A stretch of DNA of 64,000 nucleotides from NCBI GenBank assembly GCA_002633005.1, contig NMRA01000121.1:102106-166105 (forward strand), given 5' to 3'. How positions within the stretch are numbered: position 1 is the first letter of the stretch; each line of letters begins with the position of its first letter. Origin of the DNA: Phoronis australis. Its lineage: Eukaryota; Animalia; Phoronida. The notes under the pieces were generated by a model. The model did not search any database. It had not been told where the DNA came from and was given only the letters and a program-made list of their open reading frames with translations. Both the position numbers and the translations under genes were made by a program. Below are positions 13,701 through 52,898 of this stretch, piece after piece.

Positions 13701-14351
13701 ATATGTGCAAAAAGACTATTAAATGTCATATCAACAGCATTTGTTTTTATCAAATACAAACAATGATTCATTGAAATACAATCAGTTTCAAGTAACGCCA
13801 ATTAAAGACAAGTATAAGTGGTGGCATTTTGGAAACGAACATTTGACTGCCAAGACCGCAATGGCTCACCTTTGGCCTATTTAAAGATTGAGGTCATGAA
13901 TTGGAGCGTGCGCAGTATAAAAAAGTTGAGTTCACGATTTTGGGAACTGAAATAGGGACTGCTCGAAGAAAAAGTTTCATAACGGGAGTATTTGTTCGAG
14001 TTGGAAGGAATTAAACACATCGACAACCTCCTAAGGTGTTCCTCTATGCGCAAAAGGTATTTGTAACAACGTGACTTTGATGGTTTAGTCGGTGCGAGGC
14101 ATAATTCGCCGAAAAGCTTCCGGCGTACAGAGCGCCTATAGCCTCTACATCGCCTCTGCTTCGGGCCAACAGAGGCGATGGTCATTGCCTAAGGACGCCT
14201 GTGCGTCAAATAACCGCACGGATTACATGACCAAACAAGAGAAGGGCTCCGCGTTCCGTCATATTATATTAATGAATGTACTGCAGATTCACCAAATTCC
14301 CAATATCATAATTAAAAGAAAAACTCACCTTTTCTTTGGTAAAATGTTCAT
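4793..14351 (-). CDS. LENG1: Leukocyte receptor cluster member 1 homolog (CIR/CWC25-like N-terminus), 7 coding exons, 276 aa
   Basis: Exons (minus strand): 14329-14351, 10854-10953, 9757-9900, 7612-7729, 6195-6267, 5330-5429, 4793-5065. All GT-AG, phases consistent, total 831 nt. Translation [27 protein letters not shown]...[12 protein letters not shown]...PWY...DP...[13 protein letters not shown]...RRYNSQFNP matches the recalled LENG1 motifs. Confidence 0.95.
6716..7366. repeat. ~20-bp minisatellite (CTGTACTCRAACACTAYRCA), ~30 copies, in LENG1 intron 4
   Basis: Directly visible periodicity; it explains the repetitive ORFs at 6716-7489. Confidence 0.9.
7998..8300. repeat. 37-bp minisatellite (CAGTAAGCAGTCCATTGYGGGGTTAGCTTCACTAGCC), ~8 copies, in LENG1 intron 3
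   Basis: Near-identical head-to-tail units with no spacers. Confidence 0.9.
12006..14203. mobile_element. Non-autonomous DNA transposon A (CA...TG termini, 8-bp TSD; P- or hAT-like), interrupted by element B
   Basis: Left TIR 12006-12105 (CACAGGCATCCTCAGCTTCTG...AATTCCACGGGTGCTTCACTTC). Right TIR 13226-13291 plus 14201-14203. Flanks CATCAAAT (11998-12005) and CGTCAAAT (14204-14211). Confidence 0.75.
13292..14191. mobile_element. Non-autonomous element B with ~270-bp TIRs and 9-bp TSD (Mutator/foldback-like)
   Basis: TIRs 13292-13563 and ~13920-14191 are almost identical. TSD AGGACGCCT at 13283-13291 and 14192-14200. Confidence 0.88.
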
Positions 14352-14466
14352 TTTTCACATCAAACCTGCCTTTCCAGCAGCAGACCGCCACAACAAACCG
14401 AGAACGAGGCACCAATGACATGTCAATTTCCTACCTCCTAACCCAAGAGACCAATTGCTTCCGGAA
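14352..14466. promoter_or_regulatory. Putative bidirectional promoter / 5' UTR region shared by LENG1 and NSMAF
   Basis: Divergent ATGs at 14351 (-) and 14467 (+). A palindromic ETS-like TTCCGGAA at 14459-14466 abuts the NSMAF ATG; CCAAT motifs at ~14411 and ~14451. Confidence 0.7.
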
Positions 14467-42943
<28,477 letters not shown>

Positions 42944-44050
42944 TGTCATAACGGAAAGAACAACATGGGTTAACAAGTTTATTTATGTCAAACTAGGTGA
43001 TAAAATCTCGTCCTCGAATGGACACTAAAATCTGATAGTTGATGAGTGCTGAAAAATTTGGCCGTGACCATTCCAAATCTCTTGAATCGCATTACATGCA
43101 AAAGAACGAATCAAAACCAATGCATTTTTCACCAGTATTAATTTTTTTCACATCTGGTTCTTCCGTTATCTTTTGATATCAAATAAGGCACGAAGAAAAG
43201 TAATCTTCTTGCCTTAAGGTGTTGCAATACTACTTGTTGTGTACAACTGAATGTGTCCTCTGTAAGGACTAAACTCAATTTTGATGAAAGTTCAGCTTAA
43301 GCATGCAACAGGGCCATCCCAAGTTGCATGGCGACAGAATTTTCCTTTGTCCTGGAGATAAGAAAGCGCGTGACCTCATTTTGGAAATCAGGTACATTGT
43401 CGTATATCTCGTTTTTGTCATAAAGGCGAAGAATTTTACATCACGAATCCATGGGTATTTGTCCAGCAAGGCAGTAATACTTCATTGGCATTGGAAGGAC
43501 GAATAGAGTGATGCAATTGAGAAAAACTTGTAAAGAATCAGACAACAAATAACACGTGAAACTCCAATGTCACGAAATCGAGGCAGCAAATGTGCCTGAT
43601 GGATGTTTAGAGCATTGTGGGTAAATACAGCAGATTAGAGTGTCACTGCCGGGATGGCCCTATTGCTGGATGCTTAGCACTGCCCATTATGTGGGATACC
43701 TTGGGTAATCCATCATGTTATCAACTGTTGTTTTGGATTTGCCATCGCTTTTTTTACATGTAACTCACTGTTTCTTATTCATTCCGTCTCTGCAGTTAAA
43801 CCATCCCCGATACTCCAGAACATCTGATGGGTTTAAATTCTAATTTCCTTGTATAAACTGTCACATGTTCAGGTTTTAGACCAGAGCAGACAGTATTTCT
43901 GCTTTTGTGTGAAAAATCAAATGCACAACATGCATTTCTTTGTTTTATGAAAATAATACAAGCAGCTTCACACTTGTGTACTGTTTAGTATCTAAAGTTG
44001 GAACTTTTTGGATTAGACTAGAGTCATTTCATATACAGAGCTATTAAATG

Positions 44051-44147
44051 ATTCGTGACGTTCAGAGAAGCCATCAATTCTGCCCTGTATTCGGTAAAAT
44101 TCGTGACGTTCAGAGAAGCCATCAATTCTGCCCTGTATTCGGTAAAT
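44051..44147. repeat. Perfect 48-bp tandem duplication
   Basis: ATTCGTGACGTTCAGAGAAGCCATCAATTCTGCCCTGTATTCGGTAAA x2. Confidence 0.85.
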
Positions 44148-46593
44148 CAGATGACCACATTCACATAGCATATTCTGTAGTTCGTAGTGTCGCTAGTCCT
44201 TAAAGACACCCACATATGAAGTGTTTCCAAGTATGTTGGGCATTCAAGTATCACACATTCAAAATGAGCTTAACTTTGAAATGTTTTATTTGGTAGTGCT
44301 CTGCTGTTATGAACCCAAACCGCAAGCATGTTGATTTTCTTTATTCAAGCATTGGAGGAATGAGGCTAGCACAGTGGAATTGAGCTCTTCTCTGAAGGTG
44401 GTTCAGATAAACAGTCATAACGATAACTCATTTTCACCCTGGTCCAGAAAGCAATGGATTATCCAAGGCATACTGTATATAGTTACTTTTTAATGAGGGT
44501 TTTGTTTGCAAAATGTGAATGATGGTGACATATTCATGCTCAAAGTATCTGCAAATGTTCTTGCCATACAGAATGTTCTAATGTTTAGTTCGTAGTGGTA
44601 CAAATGATAACCTGCAGTAATATTTTGTCCTGTGAAGTCTGTAATGCATGTCTGGGGTGCATTCCGTTGACGCGAGAAACTCTTGTGAAAGCAAGATCAT
44701 GCGAGGCCATGCAAAATCATGCAAGTGAAAGGCGAGTGTTTTGTGAGTACTCTCTGGAGCTTACTAGCGTACCTAGCAGAATGGCAGCCACTGCAGTGAC
44801 AAGTCGATGAGGTTGGAATGATGAATTATTAGATAGAATTCAGTTTCAATTCCATAAAGCAGATTTGTCACTCCAAGCGCTTTACAGTGTTTGAGTCTAC
44901 GGAGTACACCCCATATATGTTAAATTCATCATTAGCTCCGATTGTACAACAAACCATTAATGCCCCGTGCAGGGCTATCTTTGAAATCCATGATGGGTTC
45001 AAAGTATGAGGTTCAACAATTTGCATTGGTTCTTTAATGCTGTGAGTTAGGGTTGCTACTTTAACACAATGACACCAGGGAACAAATAGAGCGAGTTCAA
45101 TGATTACTTCAGTACAAAAATTCACAGTGGTTACAGTTAAAATTTAGATTGGATCACGGTATGGCAGACAGGTGTAATATCATTTTGTTAAATTTTTCAA
45201 CAAAAATGGCTTCTAACAGCAAGTTTACGTTGCTTTTAGCATGGTTTGTACAGCATAGTTATAACCAGACTACATCTGGTAAATTTTTGAGCATTTGCAA
45301 AGATATGATAAACCTTGGAAAATAGAAATATGGCAATTTTAGTAATTTTGCTTCTGTCCCAAATTGAAGAATTTTTACTTCAAGTTGATTTGTTCAAGTT
45401 TGAATTTCCGACTTAGGCTTGACCTAATTAGTGTCACGTGGGACTTCTAAGCAGTGAAGTTGTACCAACACATTTCCATTGCGGTGCACATTGATACAAG
45501 CTATATTATTGCTAACAATCAGGTATTTTATAAATGCTGTTAAATGCTACAGTGGGTTACTTTTCACTACAAATGCAAAACAAATAAAGAGTTGTAAGAA
45601 AATAGGCGTGGTTTTTACACAACTGACACTAATAACATTCAATTTAATAACAATTGTCACAATACAAAATCACCACACTTGGAATAGTATTGAATTATGC
45701 TCATCAGATACAATGTGGCATAAAGTTGAAATTTGTAGTGAAAAACTCCATTGATATGAATGCATTGTGTTAAGGACTATCAGTCAAATGCACATGTATG
45801 TAAACTTACATAGACCAGTACGAGACTGAGAAGACTGTGGCTAGCTTTGAAAACAGGATTTCACCTCGATTACATTTACTGAGAATTTAGAGATTGTCAC
45901 AACAACCAAAACAAAAATAAACATCTTTCCAGTAGTCCCAGCACGTGATATGTCCAGTGCTTGGCGACTTACAAGTAAAACTTGTCAATAAGTTCCCTGA
46001 AGTGAATGAATACTGGAAAATACTGTTGTTTCATCAGATTTCTTGTACACTAATTCTTGTTACACTAAATGAAAACTGTCTAAACTTATTCAAACTTCTT
46101 CGTACAATAAATAACATCTCAAAATGTTCACTTGAAAACATGGAAACCAGGCATTTCCCCCCCAGAAATGAGCAGTTGTTAAACACTGTCTTGCTAACCA
46201 GTAAAAATTGTGTCCGAGCACGTGTGTCTACCAGGTTACATTCACATACACATACGGTGCGTTCAGTTAAGAGTTTCAGTTGTGAACAGAAAAACAATAT
46301 AGAATCAATCTTCAGCAAGTAAACGCAGCAGAAACTAGTAAAGTAAGTTTCGCTTGATCCTAAGAGGAAGAGTCCAATAGGAAGGTGCAAGATCATTACC
46401 ACCGAATGTGTGACTTTAAACTGCTTCCCTGACACTGAAAAGCACCTGTCAACAAATTTTGGAAGTAAAACACCATATGCATTACATCACTGCTTGACCG
46501 ATTCCAGTTCAGGGATGACGATAATGGTTTAACAATGACTACCCACACCTCAGCAGATCATGATATGTTGATGTTTCCATGGGAACCAGTTCA

Positions 46594-49500
46594 TCACATG
46601 TTTGACTGCTGTGCCAGAAATTGTCGAATCTTCTGCAGCAGTTCCTTTTTCACGTTATCTGGGACTGAAGCTGAAAGATAAAGATCACAATTTAAACGTG
46701 TAACAGACGCACCAAGGTGTATGAAACTAAACAACAAGAAGCCAAGTGAAACATTCTCCCATAAATATAATGGGTTCAGTAATCTAGAATTAAACGGCAT
46801 GTTTTACAAAACAAGCTACAGTCAGAGTGCATTACAACTGGTTTACAATATTCATTTACTTAATGTGTTCCATTCATAAGTGCAAAATCAAGTTGTATTA
46901 AGTAAACATATTAGGCATCTGTTATAAAATTTTAGAGAAGTCCTGGAAGGGGTTCATCTTAACACCATTCGCAAATGCTAGCAGACAGAACAAGCATAGT
47001 CAGCCCATTTTACAATAACATAAGAGCCAAGGAGTTGGACTTGCAACAGAGCAATATCTAGATAGTGACCAAGTCTGGTATGAGATGGTGAAAGCGCAAA
47101 TGTTAGGAATGGAGGCACTCACTGCCCTGTTGCCACGGCACCTACAGAATGGCCAGTAGCAATTGCACAAACCATCTCATCACTATGCCATTTGTAAAGA
47201 TTTAAGGCAAAAACTCTACTACAATATTTCCTAGATATTTCCATAAGCATGAAAATGATGTAATCTGAGTGAGTTACCACACGCACCTCTACCCTTTGGT
47301 GTTATTTCTGCAACAAGGTCATCCACTGTAATATGTTCTAAACCCTTTTGTTTCACAATTTCTGAAAACATAAAAAAATAAATCCACACCTATTCAATAA
47401 TGAAACATCACTTGAATATGGTTACCAGTATAGTTTGGTAGCAGCTCTTCGTTTACACAAACTTCGTTGAAAACGAGACTAAACATTTTGTTTGAAAGCT
47501 TGATACTGATTCGTTTGAAAGGAGATTGTTCTGACACTACGAGCGAATCAGTATCAAACTTTCGAACAAAAAGTTTATTCGTGTTTTCAACGAAGTTTGA
47601 ATATGCTTATGCATATATTTTATGAAAGAGAAAAGCAAAACTCACAAATGTTACACGCGAACAAGTGGAATCCTCATTTAATGTTGGCAAAGTTCAATGA
47701 ATTGATGTGGCTGCTCTAGTTTGTATATTTGGCCATTCAAAGGAGTTGCGATCTTTTACGACATTAATAAAATCTTTCACCTCGGTTGGATCTGACATAT
47801 GGTAGTTTTATTATAAACGTTTATGAAAGAAATGATACAATCTATTTGAACAGTCACTGATGACTTTTCTGAATATTTGCACAAAATGTTAAGACTAGCA
47901 GTTAACACTCACGACTGTAGGTTAAACGTGATCGAAGGACAAATCTTCTATGTGCCAATTTCAAGGGAAATTTTAATCAATTTCATGTCCACATGTAATG
48001 AAGATTGCTTCACTGCAACTTGTGATTACCAAATTTGTCATCACTTAAATATTGAGATTATGAGACAACCCTGACTTCCTCAAAACCATGCTTTACCTTT
48101 ACAGTGTGACTTAAGTTCATCCCTCCAACCACATTCTATCAGCCTCTGCCGTAGTAGATCTTTTAACCTGCACACAATAATAATACATCAAATTTAGCTA
48201 TTGTCAATCTGTATAAACATGACACATCTTCTATCAATATACATCTCAGAACTACAACTAATTCATCGTCAATATGCGCAGTCACTTACTTCAATTATTG
48301 CCTGTTTGCTTTTATGGAACAGTTTACCACAGGAATGTCAAGTTTAAAAAATTGTGTTATATAATATCATTTCTTAAGGGCAATAGTACCACACCTCTTG
48401 CTACTACTAAATTACGTTTACATGAAAACAAAATTTTTGTAAACAAATTCCGAGCGGGGTTGTACCTCAATTCACAGATTAAAAGTTCTATCATAAGTTA
48501 GCTAATTTTTCTAATAAATGTATGTATGGTGCCATTAATAGTGATGCTCATTTACTTGCTCTCATGCCTCGTCTATAATGATGAGTGTGAACAGCTCTTT
48601 CACAACCTCCAATCCAACGACTATAATGCTGAGCGTGAACAGCTCTTTCAGACCCTCCAATCCAACGATCATATCTGGTTATGTTTTCAAAACCTTAGTA
48701 AGAGACATGAAAAACTAGTTGTCTTTTATATGGTAGTCACAATTTGAATCACGACTGTATTGCTCTATTACTTAGAAATCTTAGTGATTATCTTTTTAAA
48801 TTTCACATTAGGGAACTGCATTAATATCTATGCTGAGCTTTTTGTTATTCTGTTGTTAATACATTCTCCTTAAGTGCCGCATGATTTTTTTTCGTTTGTT
48901 GTTTTCTTAACTTTTGGTGTTTTTCCTCAACATTATGTTTCACTTACTATAAGTAAGTCATTGTTTTATAGTTAAAAGCCTAGTTATAATGGTTCGCTTT
49001 CTGGGCTAAAGAAAAACCCTTGGTCATAGTACTTCTTTTATTAACGTGTACACAAGAGACCATAGCAGAGCGAATTACATTTAATATTACGGAAAATACA
49101 CTTCTAATTAACAGTTAAGTGATGAATTACAATGTGTGAAGAGCCTAGTTCAACAGTAGCAATTAGACACGCAAAGTACTAGTAGAATATTATTACTTTT
49201 TATCAGAGCGTTCAAATTAAAAAAAAAATAAAAGAAGAATGAAAATCGTAATTCCTTTTTTACCCAGAGCAGTAACCTTATCAGGGCTCAGCTGCCTCAA
49301 AAGTTGCACGCTGGACAACGACACTATCAAACAATCAAACAAAGCGTGAGAGACAACATCAATGGTCGTAACAGCCGCTGTTCTTTATTCTCCCCCACAT
49401 GCTTATGCTTTGCTCATATCTTTTGACTGCGCATGCTTCTTTATGTTACAAAATACATTAACTAAGAAATTGTAGACTATAAATACGAAGACAATTCAAA

Positions 49501-52500
49501 CAGCGGGCTACTATACTACTAAATATTTAAAAGTAAAAAAACTTGGTCAGTCTGAGCCATACTTCATATAAGTACTTACCTCTCTCTTTCTCCCGTTTCG
49601 ATTAACTTTTGGTTGACTGTAGCTCGCATCTGAGCATCTTTGGCTTTTTGGCTGCAAAATGGGAGAACATTGGCTATAAGTCACTCGCATACAAATTCCT
49701 TAATTAAAATACAGTCTCTTCAATGAGAGATAGTAAAAATTATATTCAGGAAAACAACACCACTGCAGTTGAGCGTTTCTCACCATTTATTTGATCAACC
49801 AGTCAATCATGAAATAGTCTCTCAGTAGAGGGGGGTTAATGATTATAGAGTGATATAAACACCAATCATGATAGTACTTTAACCAACCTTTTTCAATTAT
49901 TGACGATCTTATTCACCAAACAATTACTCATGTAACAATCACATTTTCTTACTATTCTGTGACACAAGTAAAGTTAAAGGAAAAAATGGGTGATCGTGAA
50001 GCCAATAATAACAAAAATTCTGACTACCTTCATGAACATTCAATTTCACGTATATGCGATCTTGAGATTAAGCAGGATTCCAAGTTCGCACACAACATCT
50101 AGAATGTACATACCAAACTAACTCATTTTATTTTTATGACACACTGCATAACAAGCTTACAACAGACTAAAATTTGATCAATCAATATTTCAGCTGAAAA
50201 ATTTAACAAAATAAAATTTCATCAGTATGTCATATTGTTTAATAAAGAGAAGAAAATTCCCCATAACGCACTCAGTGACTACGACCTTTATCTAAAATAT
50301 CAGCATATGAAAGGTTTACAAGATCGTACTACATTTTTTATCACTGACCAGCTCACAGACAGGTGTCACCCTTTTAACCCATCTACTTGATTTCCAGTTG
50401 ATCCAAAGATATTTAAACAGTTCGCACCTTGGCCACAAGTGCTAAAGCGCATTGCTCGTGCCAGGGGATATGACATCACCCAGGTGCGAGAAGTGTAAAA
50501 ATGACCAGTTGCCAATTTGGGCAACTAAATGAAGGAATGTTCGAAAAAAAGTTTGGCTGTGGGAGTATTTGTTTGAGCTGGGAGGAGACAGCAAGGGTCG
50601 CCTTAGAAGCAAAGATGTTCCTCTATGTGTAAAAGGTACTTACAGCCACATGATTTCATGATTTAATCAGTGTGAGGCATAATCTGCCGAAAAGATTCCT
50701 GCGTAAGGAGGGCCTATGGAATGGCCATCGACTATACTGCAGCCAGCTGTGGTACTGTCTACTGACAAGTCAACCAGCTAGCTGTATGAAGACTATCGTC
50801 AAACTACAGCTAGGTACCACCATGTGTTGAGTTTTGTTAGACCTGGAAATTTCATTCAGCCTGAGTAGTTCTGCTCATCACCTCGACAAGCAACTTACAT
50901 CAATATGTAGAGCTAACAACCAGCGGAGGTGCATTCAAAATCTGGGAGTCAACCGACACTCACCTTGCCTGTTGCAACCGTTTAAGTAAAAACAATCTAA
51001 TAAACGTCATTTTATTGCATAACTCTACGCCTTCTGTAACAAAGAAAAATCTATCATCATTTTGAAAATAGTGTGCTCATGACATGTGCACGGTCCATTT
51101 CCTATTTTTTGCAACATCCCTCGGGAAACAATGGCAGCTTCGCAGCACCAAATTTTGTTCTGAAATTCTGTTCACTGGTACTAAAATACTAAAAACTAAC
51201 GAAATTAAACCAGTTCGAATAATTTGTTGTGACATGGAAGAGGAACCATTGACTGAAGAATTGTCGAAAAAAGAAAATTGCCAATAGCTGACGCTACATT
51301 TCATGACGCCGAAAGCTGATAAATTATCTACTGAGCTAGCATGGTGCAAAGCTGCATACTAAATATACACCTTTGTGACGATGTGGGCAAAAAACTGACC
51401 AAGTAAAATGTGACACAAAATTAGTGTTACTAAAAACTACTTTTCCTGAAGTAAACAAAACAGAGCTGACCTGGATTGCACAGCAGCTGAACTCTCGCTT
51501 GACCTCGTTTTTTGAAATCAGGCATATTTTCATGTCTCTCATTGAAATCAGAAGGCGATGAATTTGATATCACGCATGCACTGTTATTTGTCACATTGGA
51601 GTTGCAGCCCACAGTGCAGCAGTAATGCTTCCTTAGTATTGGAAAAACTTGTAAGAAATAACATGTGAAACTCCAGTGGTATGAAAACAAGGCAGCAAAT
51701 GTGCCTGACGGATGTTTACAGCATTGTGGGTAAATAAAGTGAGATTCAGGTGTCGCTGTGTAAAACGGGACGGTCCTATTAGTTACCGATGTTAAAAACT
51801 TGGCATTCTACCGTTATTTTGCTGCTCACGTAGTGGAGCGATCTTATGCATCAGCTTTTGGTGCCATTGTGTATGGCGTCACTTATTGAACAGTTTTTTT
51901 TTCACCAATTCTTCAGTCTACAGTTCATCTTCCGCAAGATTGTACACGTGTCACAGCGTCGTTCTTTGGGTGCGAATCGTGAGTGGCGCATTCATTTAAA
52001 CTTTTCCGAGTACGGATTGTGTATTAGTAATGGGGTAAGTACTTCTTGGATCCTTATAACATCCTCTCGTTCTACCGTTATTCTGTTGCTAAGGTTGTGG
52101 AGCGATCTTTAGCCACGGCTTTCGTCGCCATGAAATATTGCGTCACCTATTGGCCATTTTTCGCCAATTTTTTAATCAACTGTTCTTCTTTCACGAGATT
52201 GCGTACACGTCACAACAAATTATCGGAATTGGTTTCACTTCGTTGTAAATTTTAATAATTGTGATACCGAAAAACCGAATTTCAGAAGAAATTTTGCTGC
52301 TGCCACGCTATCATCATCTCCCGAGAAATGTCGCAAAAATTTAGGGAAATGGCGCGTGCGCGTGACACGAGCGCATTGTTTTCAAAACGACGATATACTT
52401 TTCATTCTTAGAAAAGGCGGAGAGTTATGCAAGAAAATCACTTTAACGGCTGTAATGGGCAAGGTGTCGGTCATGACTCCCAGATTTTGCATGCACACCG

Positions 52501-52898
52501 TCTGGTCTTTAGCTCTGAGTACATGTTGATACAAGTTTCACGGCGAGTTGACAAGCAGAACTACCCTGGCTGTGTGCAATTTCGGGGTCTACGGAAGAAA
52601 TACACACAGTGGGACCTAGCTGTATTTTGACGACAGTCTTCATACAGCTAGCTGGCTGGCTACTAGCTGGCTGGCTGGCTACAAGTACAAGTACAACTAC
52701 AAGTCACAGACAGAACTCAGAACTACTGACTGCAGTTTGAAGTTTGCAACTTCGGTTTTACATAACTGATATTTAACGTCGCTTGGGTAGCTCATGTCTG
52801 GGACTAGGTAAAACACAGTGTTATTTCTAGCACCATAATTTTTAGTTACAAGACATTCAGAAAAGTAAATGCGAAACCCAACCAACTTACTCAGCCAT
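46594..52898 (-). CDS. ENY2: Transcription and mRNA export factor ENY2/Sus1 (SAGA DUB module, TREX-2), 5 coding exons, 100 aa
   Basis: Exons (minus strand): 52891-52898 (ATGGCTGA|gtaagt), 49580-49651, 48097-48167, 47287-47361, 46594-46670. Protein [100 protein letters not shown]. The 8-nt first exon is chosen by phase fit and is less certain than exons 2-5. Confidence 0.93.
47458..47599. repeat. Long inverted repeat (~60-bp arms, ~22-nt loop) in ENY2 intron 3
   Basis: CAAACTTCGTTGAAAAC...TTGATACTGATTCG pairs with CGAATCAGTATCAAA...GTTTTCAACGAAGTTTG. Confidence 0.85.
50736..52737. mobile_element. Old foldback/MULE-like element with ~550-600-bp diverged TIRs in ENY2 intron 1
   Basis: 50774-50827 inverts 52598-52656; 51055-51310 inverts ~52120-52397. 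Internal 51655-51780 resembles 43553-43663. Ends are approximate. Confidence 0.7.

Noticed and set aside
13298-14185. Two near-identical ~100-aa ORFs on opposite strands
   Set aside because: Products of element B's TIRs, with no protein motifs.
48573-48668. C/D-box snoRNA-like ATGATGA...CTGA
   Set aside because: Explained by a 48-bp tandem duplication, and it is antisense to the host gene ENY2.
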